Assembly: GCA_016871445.1 (NCBI GenBank)
Contig: VHDH01000008.1
Location: 1,801-65,800, forward strand
Reading direction: 5' to 3'
Source of the DNA: Verrucomicrobiota bacterium
GTDB taxonomy: Bacteria > Verrucomicrobiota > Verrucomicrobiia > Limisphaerales > SXTU01
Length of the DNA stretch: 64,000 bases
Shown here: piece by piece, positions 35,636 to 44,293 of the stretch
Numbering within the stretch: position 1 is the first letter of the stretch
How the letters are laid out: the number at the start of each line of letters is the position of its first letter
Notes under the pieces: model-generated
Told to the model about the DNA's origin: nothing
The model's input: only the letters and a program-made list of their open reading frames with translations
Databases searched by the model: none
Translations under genes and position numbers: made by a program

Positions 35636-36493
35636 CTATTGAGTTGCCAGCAGCGGCTTCAGTTTTTCCGCATACACCGCGTAGCCGACGGGCGAAAGAT
35701 GGATGTTGTCCGGGGTGAAGAGGTTTTTCTTGATCGTGCCATCGGCGTTCGTGAAGTCGCTCCACAGGTTGAGCACGCGCAGTTTCGGATCGCTATCGAG
35801 CTTCAGAGGATCGTGCGCGGCGTTGGTCTTCTTGATGTCTTCGTAGAAGCGATTGCCCGGTGCATGAGCAGGCAAAATTTTCGCCACGATAATCGCGGCG
35901 TTGGGAAACTTCTCGCGCAGGTTTTTCACGCACATCTGGATGCCGAGCGCAGCGGCCTCGATGCCGGTCTCGGGCGTGAAGAACATGTTGTTGTTGCCGA
36001 TCATCAGCACGATGGCCCTCGGCTGGAGTCCCTCGACGCCGCCATGGTCGAGTCGCCAAAGCACGTTTTGCGTTTTGTCGCCGCCGATGCCGATGTTCAC
36101 GGTCTTCAAATCCGGGAAGTGCTTCTTCCAGGAATCGCCCCATTGAATCGTGATGCTGTCGCCCACAAGCAGCACGTCGATGGGGCCTTTGTTCGCCTGC
36201 ACGGTCTTCACATGCGCCTCGTGCAACTTCAGCCACGCATCGCCACCGAAGTGCCCGGCACTCGGCACGACCGGCCAGAGTTGCGGAAGATGCTTGTTGG
36301 CTTCGCGCCCCGGACGACGGTCGTGTTCCGGCTTGTCCACCACGTAGGCGCGCTCCTCCGCCGTGAGCGGCCAGCCGGACTTTTGCGGCTCGGCGGTGAC
36401 GTAGGGATAATCCACTGCCTGCAGTGCGGCCAGCGGCGCGAGCAGGAGGGAGGTGAGGAGCGTGAGGATGGGTTTCATGCGATTGGCTTTCAT
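35636..36493 (-). CDS. SGNH/GDSL-family hydrolase, secreted
   Basis: Motifs include LLVGDSITIQWG, IGIGGDKTQNVLWRL, LMIGNNN and DNIHLSPVGY. A signal peptide is present. Confidence 0.85.
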   Translation of the reverse strand: MKANRMKPILTLLTSLLLAPLAALQAVDYPYVTAEPQKSGWPLTAEERAYVVDKPEHDRRPGREANKHLPQLWPVVPSAGHFGGDAWLKLHEAHVKTVQANKGPIDVLLVGDSITIQWGDSWKKHFPDLKTVNIGIGGDKTQNVLWRLDHGGVEGLQPRAIVLMIGNNNMFFTPETGIEAAALGIQMCVKNLREKFPNAAIIVAKILPAHAPGNRFYEDIKKTNAAHDPLKLDSDPKLRVLNLWSDFTNADGTIKKNLFTPDNIHLSPVGYAVYAEKLKPLLATQ

Positions 36494-37124
36494 TTCAGGT
36501 GGAGTTCCACTTTCTCGACCTTCACAGCTTTCTTGAACGGGCCCTTGCGATCGACCGCAATGGCGATGGCATTCTCGCCGCGCTTCAAAACCCCGACGGG
36601 CACGGAGAACCCAAGGCGGGTCAGCTTTTGGTCTTTGAGGTCTTTGACCAGCCAGCCCGGGGTCACGGTCTCAGGCTGGGGTGCGGGGGAGAAGATGCGC
36701 GCATCTTTCCATTTCGGATCGACGAGGTCCTTCTTCAAAGTCACGCCATTGAGCAAAACGGCGACCTCGTCCGTGGCGACATGCTCGAAGAGCACGAGAC
36801 GCAGCCGCGCTTGGGTGCCCGGCTTCATCGGCTCCCGAACTGGGAGAACCAGGGCGGACGGTGTTTGATCGTTGCGCAACAGGATGGGCAGCGGTGCCTG
36901 GCTGTTCGCGGAGGCGTAGCCCTCGAAGGCAGAATAGCCGCCACGCCGGTCGATGGCATGGTAGCGAGGCTGGGCCGCGATGGTTTCAAGGCTGCCAATG
37001 GTGGTCAGGATGGCTGGGTCGTAATGTGCATGTTGGGTGAGACCGATCTTCTTCGCGTGCTCGGCGGAGCCGGCGGGAGAAAGAGCACCGACAGGACGGA
37101 AATAGCGAATCGGACGAGCAGCAT
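36490..37124 (-). pseudogene. secreted hypothetical protein with an apparent 1-nt frameshift in its signal peptide
   Basis: The ATG at 37124 gives MLLVRFAISVLSVLFL in one frame. The long open frame ...SPAGSAEHAKKIGLTQHAHYDP...VEKVELHLK runs in another frame with no ATG/GTG/TTG until 36879. The switch lies near the GGG/CCC run at 37075-37077. The stop overlaps the SGNH gene start as ATGA. Confidence 0.55.
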
Positions 37125-37193
37125 GGTGGTGGTTTGGACGCTGAGAAGAGGAACGGAGTTGCAGGGGAATTCCAAGGTGAATTCACAAAGCAC

Positions 37194-37217
37194 GAAGGCC
37201 GCCCGGAGGCGGCCTTC
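37194..37217 (-). terminator. terminator hairpin after the DUF1553 gene
   Basis: On the minus strand, GAAGGCCGCC-TCCG-GGCGGCCTTC forms a perfect 10-bp stem, followed by GTGCTTTGTG. It begins 29 nt after the stop codon. Confidence 0.6.
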
Positions 37218-37245
37218 GGCGAGTGCGGGTTGTCCGGGTGGTCGC

Positions 37246-40200
37246 TTAGTCAACAAAGGTCATCTCGTTGGCGAGCAAAAGCATTTGGGCGTATTTTTCC
37301 CAGGCGTCGAGCCGCCTCTGCTGGCCGGCACTGGGACTACCGAACTGTGCGGACGCACTCCAGGAGGAGGTGCTTTCGCCACCCATTTGGTTACCCATGT
37401 TGTTCATGGCTGGCGCGCCGGGTGTCATCGCAGGGACCCCGAAGGGAGACATAGCCGGGCCGGCGGTGGTCGCCATGGTGGAACTGGCGGCGGCGATGCG
37501 CAGCGTTGGTGCCCAGCTAAAGGTGTCGCCGACTGGGTTGCCCTTGCCGCCATTGTCCACGATGAAGTCAATGGTGTCACCCTGCTTCACATCCACTTTG
37601 GGCACGCGCGTTTCGGCGCTGCGGTAATTACCGGAGAGGTTATAAGCACCCAGTTGGCCGGCGCGGCTGTGGACGATGTAGCCGCCCACGCCGTCACCAA
37701 TGGCGTTCCCGCCACCCATTTGGCTGAGAGTGCCTTCAATGGTGAGACTGGCATCCACGGGTGCGGTGAAGCGGCGGATTACAGCGAGCGCACCGGCGGT
37801 ACCGCCGCCAGCGGTGAGACGAAGGCCCGTCAGGCGATTGTTGGTGCCACCATCGTAGTAGCTGTTTCCGGCCTGATTCATGCGGTTGCCGCCACCCATT
37901 GTGCTCGTCCCGCGGGAGAAATTGGGCAACTTAAAGAACTGCACTCGACGGTTGCGGGCGTCGTAGGCGCCGTACCCATATTGCCAAATGGGCTTGGCAT
38001 CGCTGCCCTTCACGCCGGACTGGTCTTCGAGGAACTTCATGCCGATTTTGGTTTCCAAGGGCGACGGCAGCCGTTGGAAGCAGATTTGGTAGAGCATCTC
38101 GATGCGGGTTTCCTCGTCAATTTTGCTCTTCACGTCGTCGCGGTGGACGATGGAGCGAGCGAGATCGCCAACGAACGGGCTGTTCATCAGGTAAAGTGCC
38201 TGCTGCGGAACGGTGGAGCCGAAGCGCATGCCGACGGTGGCGTCCGGGTTGGCGAAGTCAAACGTGCGGTAAAGTGAGGAAAGATTTCCACGGTCAATGA
38301 AACCATAGAGCGTGCGACGATACGGGTTTTCCGTGTAGGCAATCTGACTGCGGGCCTCTGGGGTGATAAACACGGGCGGCCCACCCAACTTGGGGTCGAG
38401 CTTGCCGCTAACGGACAGCAGTGAATCGCGAAAACCCTCGAAGTCGAGGCGGCGACGATTCATCTTCCAGACATAGAGGTTCGCAGGGTCGTTAAGCAGC
38501 GGCTTGGCGCGATCATCGCTACCCTGCATGTAAGTTGCGGAGGTCATCACAAACTTGTGAAGCTTTTTGACTGACCAGCCGTTTTCCATGACCCAAGCGG
38601 AGAGGTAATTAAGAAGTTCCGGATGCGTCGGATCGTCGGCGCGGACACCAAAATCCGTTGGCGTGCGAACCAGTGCGCCGCCGAAATGATTCATCCAAAC
38701 GCGGTTAATGAGCACTCGGGCCGTGAGCGGATTGTTCTTATTGGCAATTTCTTCGGCCAATTCTGCGCGCCCGCTGGTCTTCGAGTTGAACGGTTTGCGG
38801 TTTGCATTCAAGGCTTCAAGGAATTGGCGGGGTGCCTCTGGTCCGAGATTACGCGGGTCACCTTTGAGCGCGACCTTCGCGTTGCGGGGAGTGCCATCGC
38901 TCAGGGCCATTGCACGCAAAGGGGCACCCGGGTGAGTGGCGTCCAGAGAGTCGGCTTGGATCTGGAACTGCTGCTCACCGTTACGAATGGCATTGTTGTT
39001 CATCCTGGCGATGTCGTCGTAAGTGAAGTTCGGCGGCCCATTCTGTCCGTAAAAGACCTGCCGAAGCTGCTCCATTGCAGGGTCGGAGAGCTTCATGAGT
39101 GCCGGATCCTCGTCACCTTTCTTCTTTTTGGAATCCACATTGATCGCCGAGATCCAAGCCCTCTCCGCGTCGAGGAATAGCTTGGAATAACGCTCGGCGA
39201 CAATGCGCAGGTTGGAAATGGGCGTGGAAAAGGCGCGCGCGACGAGGGGATTAAGGCCCTTCATCGGCGTGCCGTCGGCACTCATGTATTTGGCGGCGAG
39301 TTTCTTGCTCTCGGCGAGCAGGTCTTTGTCAGAAAGTTTATCCTCCTCGACGAGTTTGGAGTAGTCGTGCCACGGGCCGAAGACTGCGTCACCGGCCTTG
39401 CTGCGTTGGCCAAGAAAACGCGTCCACTTTTGGGCAACTTCGAATTGAAGTTTGGTAAACTGCTCAAAGCGATCTTGCCCAGCCCGGCCGCCGTTGAAGT
39501 TGTAGTTGGTGTTGCCTAACTTGGCGTAGTGAGTGGCCATCAGATATTCAAGCGTCTTGCCCTTCGCGTCGCCTACGAATTTGACCAGCTCGCCTTGACG
39601 GTAGCCCGCCAGACGCGCCTCCACAGCCGTCTTCTTCGCAGTGTAATCGCGGTATTCCAATGTATCCTCGATTTTATGGATGACCGGCTGGTTGTTCATC
39701 GAGTAATTCGAACTGTCGAACACTCCGTAGAGTGAATAGTAATCCTTAGTCGGGATGGGGTCGAACTTGTGGTCGTGGCAGCGGGCACAATAGACCGAGA
39801 GCGACATTGTGCCGCGGGTGACGACGTCAATGCGATCGTCAATCTCCTCCTGGCGGTTGTTGACCGCCCGGTTCAACGTGATGAAGCCAAGCGCGGCCAA
39901 GTGTTTAGGCTCCGCGCCAGGCAGGGAGTCGGCAGCAATTTGATATTTGAGGAATTTGTCGTAGGGCATGTCCTCGTTGAGGGCGTTGATGACCCAGTCG
40001 CGGTAAGTGAAGGCATGGATTAGCCGGTTGTCGCCCATGCGGTTATTATTGCCGCGGCCGCGCGTGTCGGCGTAGCGGGCGATGTCCAGCCAATAGCGAC
40101 CCCAGCGCTCACCGTAGTGTGGGGAGGCTAGCAGCTTGTCGATGAGCCGCTCCCAGGCATCCTTCGAAGTGTCGTTAACAAAATCCTCAGCTTCCTTTGC

Positions 40201-40839
40201 GGACGGTGGTATGCCAAGCAGGTCGAAATAAGCACGGCGCACCAGGGTCCACTTGTCTGCGATGGGGGAGGGGAACAGGCCTTTCTCCTCTAGTTTGGCA
40301 AGCACGAAAAGGTCTATATCATTTTGAATCCACGTCTTCAGGTGTGCCTTCGGGGTGGGTGTCTGCGGCTTAACGACTGGCTGGAAGGCCCAGTGCTTTT
40401 TCGCTTTTTGCAGATCATCGTCGGTCTTGAGCACGGCAGCGCTCTTGCCAGTGCGCGGGTCGGGTGCACCCATGCGCACCCAGTTCTCGAAATCAGCCAC
40501 TACCGATTCCGGCAACTTTTCTTTGGGCGGCATCTGAAGGTTTGGGTCCGCGTAACGCATCGCCTTGATGATGAGCGAGCGGTCAGGCTGGCCGGCGACC
40601 AGGCCCGGGCCAGTGGAGCCGCCTTTAAGCAAGCCGGCCTTGGAGTCGAGCTGAAGGCCACCCTTGATTTTGGCATCTTTGTCCGCGCTGTGGCACTTGT
40701 GGCAGTGCTCAATGAGCGCGGGGCGGATCTTGGACTCGAAGTAGTCGTTTTCCTCCGGCGTGAGCGGCCTATCTTGTGCGAAGATTGGCGCGGTGCAACT
40801 TAGGGTGGCGGCTATCGCAATCTGAAGCGTCGTTTTCAT
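37246..40839 (-). CDS. PSCyt / DUF1549 / DUF1553 protein (Planctomycete-type cytochrome c domain protein)
   Basis: Motifs include CHKCHS...LQMPP, FDLLGIPPS...ASPHYGERWGRYWLDIARYAD, YCARCHDHKFDPIPTKDYY and the C-terminal LLLANEMTFVD. The ATG at 40839 gives a signal peptide; the ATG at 40869 is also possible. Confidence 0.9.
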   Translation of the reverse strand: MKTTLQIAIAATLSCTAPIFAQDRPLTPEENDYFESKIRPALIEHCHKCHSADKDAKIKGGLQLDSKAGLLKGGSTGPGLVAGQPDRSLIIKAMRYADPNLQMPPKEKLPESVVADFENWVRMGAPDPRTGKSAAVLKTDDDLQKAKKHWAFQPVVKPQTPTPKAHLKTWIQNDIDLFVLAKLEEKGLFPSPIADKWTLVRRAYFDLLGIPPSAKEAEDFVNDTSKDAWERLIDKLLASPHYGERWGRYWLDIARYADTRGRGNNNRMGDNRLIHAFTYRDWVINALNEDMPYDKFLKYQIAADSLPGAEPKHLAALGFITLNRAVNNRQEEIDDRIDVVTRGTMSLSVYCARCHDHKFDPIPTKDYYSLYGVFDSSNYSMNNQPVIHKIEDTLEYRDYTAKKTAVEARLAGYRQGELVKFVGDAKGKTLEYLMATHYAKLGNTNYNFNGGRAGQDRFEQFTKLQFEVAQKWTRFLGQRSKAGDAVFGPWHDYSKLVEEDKLSDKDLLAESKKLAAKYMSADGTPMKGLNPLVARAFSTPISNLRIVAERYSKLFLDAERAWISAINVDSKKKKGDEDPALMKLSDPAMEQLRQVFYGQNGPPNFTYDDIARMNNNAIRNGEQQFQIQADSLDATHPGAPLRAMALSDGTPRNAKVALKGDPRNLGPEAPRQFLEALNANRKPFNSKTSGRAELAEEIANKNNPLTARVLINRVWMNHFGGALVRTPTDFGVRADDPTHPELLNYLSAWVMENGWSVKKLHKFVMTSATYMQGSDDRAKPLLNDPANLYVWKMNRRRLDFEGFRDSLLSVSGKLDPKLGGPPVFITPEARSQIAYTENPYRRTLYGFIDRGNLSSLYRTFDFANPDATVGMRFGSTVPQQALYLMNSPFVGDLARSIVHRDDVKSKIDEETRIEMLYQICFQRLPSPLETKIGMKFLEDQSGVKGSDAKPIWQYGYGAYDARNRRVQFFKLPNFSRGTSTMGGGNRMNQAGNSYYDGGTNNRLTGLRLTAGGGTAGALAVIRRFTAPVDASLTIEGTLSQMGGGNAIGDGVGGYIVHSRAGQLGAYNLSGNYRSAETRVPKVDVKQGDTIDFIVDNGGKGNPVGDTFSWAPTLRIAAASSTMATTAGPAMSPFGVPAMTPGAPAMNNMGNQMGGESTSSWSASAQFGSPSAGQQRRLDAWEKYAQMLLLANEMTFVD

Positions 40840-40945
40840 AGGCGATTTGAATCGGCTCGCTGACCTCATTCCAATTTTTCTGTCGTTAAACTAAAGACCG
40901 GGCGCATGGTGAAACACGCGCCCGGCCTGGTTTCACCAAAATTAC

Positions 40946-42382
40946 TCAGGCGAAGATAGACTTCACCGGCTGCGCACCGGACACATCGGTCAAGCGGAAG
41001 TCGCGACCACCGGAGCGGAACGTGAGCTTCTCGGAGTCAAAGCCCAAAGCATGCAGGATGGTCGAGTGGAACTCATGCACGTGAACCTTGTTCTCGACGG
41101 CAGCGCTGCCTAGTTCGTCGGTGCTACCGTAGGCTTGCCCACCCTTGACGCCGCCACCAGCGAGCCACGAAGCAAATGCCTTGGCATTGTGGGTGCGGCC
41201 GCCTGGCCCATCTTCGGTTGAACTACGGCCAAACTCAGTGCTGGAAGCGACCAGCGTGTCCTTGAGTAAGCCGCGTTGCTTGAGGTCTTGCAGGAAGCCA
41301 GCAATTGGTTTGTCAATCGCACCTGCGCGGGTGCGGCCAGCGGTCGCAATGCCACCGTGCATGTCCCAACCGCCGTTCCAGCATTGAACGAATTTGACGC
41401 CGCGCTCAAGCAGCCGACGGGCGATGATGAATTGCCGGGCCTGAGTCGCCGTTGCCCGATCCATCGAGTCAGCTCCGTAGAGCCTCAGGATGTGATCCGG
41501 TTCCTTGGTCATGTCAAAGGCCTCGGTGGCGTCCGTCTGCATGCGATAGGCCAGTTCAAAGGACTGGATGCGCGCATCCAGTTGCCCGTCGGACTGGCGC
41601 TTCTGCTTGTGAATTTCATTAAGCTTGCTCAAGAGGTCGAGTTGCTGGCGCTGTTCGGCACTGGAGCCGATGAACTGGCTCTTGATGTTTTCGATGATTT
41701 GCTCGATGCGCGTGTTATTGGGGTCAACGTATGTGCCTTGGAACGCTCCGGGCATGAAAGCCGCCTGCCAGTTCACATTGCCGGCGCTGGGGAACCCACC
41801 GGGGTTCATCGCCACGAAGGCGGGAAGATTTTGATTGTCCGATCCGAGGCCGTAAGTGACCCATGCGCCCATGGAAGGTTTGGGCAGGCGGAAGTCGCCT
41901 GTGGTCATGATCTTGGTGGCTTCCTCGTGGGCTGGCACATCGGTCCAAGTTGAGCGAATTACGCAGAGGTCGTCAGCGACTTTGGATAGTTCCGGCCAGA
42001 TTTCAGACATTTCCAAGCCGCTCTTACCGGACTTGGTAAATTCGAATTGGGTGGGCAACAAGCGGCCCCGGCCCATGCCGGCGGCCGTTTTGCCCTCGCT
42101 CTTCTTCAACTCCGGCTTGGGATCCCAGGTGTCGATGTGGGGTTGACCGCCGCTTTGATAAATGTGGCAAACGCGCTTGGCGGTGCCAGGGAAGTGCGGC
42201 TGCTTTGGGGCGAGGAGCCCGCCGCCGCCGCCGGCAGACTGCGCTCTTCCTTGCTCGGCGAGCAAGGTCGCCAACGCGAGAGAGCCAAAACCCGTGCCCA
42301 TGCGATTCAGGAACTCGCGACGGGAAGGATACAAGTTTGGATTTAAGTTTTGGCTCGGATGATTGCCACAATCCCAGAACAT
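40946..42382 (-). CDS. DUF1501 (sulfatase-fold) protein with a Tat signal
   Basis: Motifs include SRREFLNRMGTGFGSLALA, GGWDMHGG and STEFGRSS. Confidence 0.9.
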   Translation of the reverse strand: MFWDCGNHPSQNLNPNLYPSRREFLNRMGTGFGSLALATLLAEQGRAQSAGGGGGLLAPKQPHFPGTAKRVCHIYQSGGQPHIDTWDPKPELKKSEGKTAAGMGRGRLLPTQFEFTKSGKSGLEMSEIWPELSKVADDLCVIRSTWTDVPAHEEATKIMTTGDFRLPKPSMGAWVTYGLGSDNQNLPAFVAMNPGGFPSAGNVNWQAAFMPGAFQGTYVDPNNTRIEQIIENIKSQFIGSSAEQRQQLDLLSKLNEIHKQKRQSDGQLDARIQSFELAYRMQTDATEAFDMTKEPDHILRLYGADSMDRATATQARQFIIARRLLERGVKFVQCWNGGWDMHGGIATAGRTRAGAIDKPIAGFLQDLKQRGLLKDTLVASSTEFGRSSTEDGPGGRTHNAKAFASWLAGGGVKGGQAYGSTDELGSAAVENKVHVHEFHSTILHALGFDSEKLTFRSGGRDFRLTDVSGAQPVKSIFA

Positions 42383-42857
42383 AAGCGTGTAGGGTTATTT
42401 GGTTTATTGCGTTCGCTAGAGCAGACGGCGAACAGCTAAGCCATGTTCAACGCCCGCTTCAACCTTTCTTTTGCCGTTTTTACCCAATTCTAACAAAAAA
42501 TATGTCCATTTTGCTTCTAGTCAATGGCGACCCACTTACGCCCAAAATGCTTTCTCAGACCCAAAATTAACGCTGGCAAGGTAGCCTTGAGGCCGAGAAC
42601 TGCTAGAAAAGTATGTGAACCACTCACAACTCGCGGCAACGGATTTTAGTTCAAAATCATCTTCTAGGACCCATTTTAGGCTATTAAAAAGGTAAGATTA
42701 ACGATATAGTTATCCAATCCGCAACCAAATCATTTTCCAAGATTCCGCGTACGCCTGTTCGGCCAGTCGTTGCTAGGCGGAAAGTGTGGCGACCGTCATC
42801 ACCGGCGACGAAACGCAATCTTCCCCTTCCGCAATGTTAGCGCGCCTGAAAACCCCG

Positions 42858-42886
42858 TTGACGCCCCCCCCGCCCGTCAATAAACT
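42858..42886 (+). promoter_or_regulatory. candidate sigma-70-like promoter
   Basis: TTGACG (42858-42863), then a 17-nt spacer, then TAAACT (42881-42886). It ends 21 nt upstream of the ATG at 42907. This is pattern-based only. Confidence 0.25.
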
Positions 42887-42906
42887 TTCGCAACGCTGTA
42901 ACCGAC

Positions 42907-43665
42907 ATGAACACGCCGTATCCCGCCCGCCGCCACGCTCTGGGCTTCACCCTCATCGAACTCCTCGTCGTCATCGCCATCATCGCGATTCTAGCCGGGA
43001 TGCTGCTACCGGCACTGGCGAAGGCAAAAGAGAAAGCGAAGCAAACCCGGTGCCTCAACAACATGAAGCAGGTAGCTCTCGCATTTTCTCTCTATGTGAG
43101 CGCGAACGATGACAAGACCCCTGCTGTGAACGATGGCGTGGCGAACTTTGCCACGAGCACTGGTCCAGGTAGTCCAAACTTCCTAAACGCACTCCAAGGT
43201 GAACTGGGCACAAACTCTCCAACCTTTACTTGCAGTTCGGCACGAGAAACTACTGGGGCTCAGGCTCCTAACGCAACCAACAGCACCAGCTACCTTGGCA
43301 ACGCTGCTGTGCTGGGGATCGCAGGTGGCGCGCAAGTTCGTGTCACGCAAGTTAACACCCCCTCTGCACTGGTATTCCTGCAAGAACTGTTCGATCGTCG
43401 CAGCACCGCCTTTAACCGCCCCCGCTTAATCAACGCTGCTGCTGGCACGTATGGTTGGTGGCACTTTACAGTAACCACACCAAACTGGCTCAATCTTACT
43501 GAGAACTACTCGGTGATACACAACCAAGGCGGTATGCTTCCGTTTCTGGACGGTCATGCTGAATTTCGCCGAGGTGATAAACTCACAAGCGGCGATTTTG
43601 GACTGTCCCCCGCAAACCACACTTGGGCCAACTCATTCTCGCTTAGTTACACTCGCTCCTTCTGA
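42907..43665 (+). CDS. prepilin-type N-terminal cleavage/methylation domain protein
   Basis: N-terminus reads [43 protein letters not shown]. The C-terminal motif is [10 protein letters not shown]. Confidence 0.9.
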   Translation: MNTPYPARRHALGFTLIELLVVIAIIAILAGMLLPALAKAKEKAKQTRCLNNMKQVALAFSLYVSANDDKTPAVNDGVANFATSTGPGSPNFLNALQGELGTNSPTFTCSSARETTGAQAPNATNSTSYLGNAAVLGIAGGAQVRVTQVNTPSALVFLQELFDRRSTAFNRPRLINAAAGTYGWWHFTVTTPNWLNLTENYSVIHNQGGMLPFLDGHAEFRRGDKLTSGDFGLSPANHTWANSFSLSYTRSF

Positions 43666-44075
43666 TGATGTCTCGCCTCACACTACTTCTCCTCGTCGTT
43701 TGCTTAATCTCTGGCGGCTGTAGACGCCGCTCTAAGGCCAGTGGCATTCCGGAGGCTCCCGCGCAATCGGAAGCTCCGGTCGCCGAATCCACTCCAGCGC
43801 CCCGGCCCGCTGCGAGCACGCCCCCACCAGTTCCAGGCACGGAGCCTATCGCTGACAAGCTACCTACAGCAGCTCCGAACGCGTCGAAGACGAGCCCAGT
43901 GGACCGAGGCCTGACCGAGGCGCTCCATCGCTTTTTCGAGGCCAACAACCGAATGCCGACCGACTTCAGCGAACTGGTTCGCGCCAAGTTTATTCCTGCG
44001 ATGCCAAACCCGCCGGCTGGAAAGAAGTTCGCCATAGACAGGGCGAACATGCAGGTGGTTCTCGTAGGACAATAA
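43665..44075 (+). CDS. lipoprotein with a Pro-rich linker and a pseudopilin-like C-terminal module
   Basis: The start overlaps the upstream stop (TGATG). The lipobox-like sequence is LISGGC. The C-terminus HRFFEANNRMPTDFSELVRAKFIPAMPNPPAGKKFAID resembles that of 28765..29229. Confidence 0.7.
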   Translation: MMSRLTLLLLVVCLISGGCRRRSKASGIPEAPAQSEAPVAESTPAPRPAASTPPPVPGTEPIADKLPTAAPNASKTSPVDRGLTEALHRFFEANNRMPTDFSELVRAKFIPAMPNPPAGKKFAIDRANMQVVLVGQ

Positions 44076-44293
44076 TCTCCCCGCTTTGGTTCTTGGCGGG
44101 CCCGACACGCAGCCTGTTCCACTCCATGGAAGCCGTCGCTTTCCCAACCGTCCTTCCCATCGCGGACTACCTCGCGGGCGAGGAAGCCAGCGAGATGCGC
44201 CACGGGTGTATCCGGCCAAAACCCCAAACCTTCGTCACTCCCTTGCCCAGCCGATTTTTTACTAATTACTAATCACTCATCACTTTCCCCACC

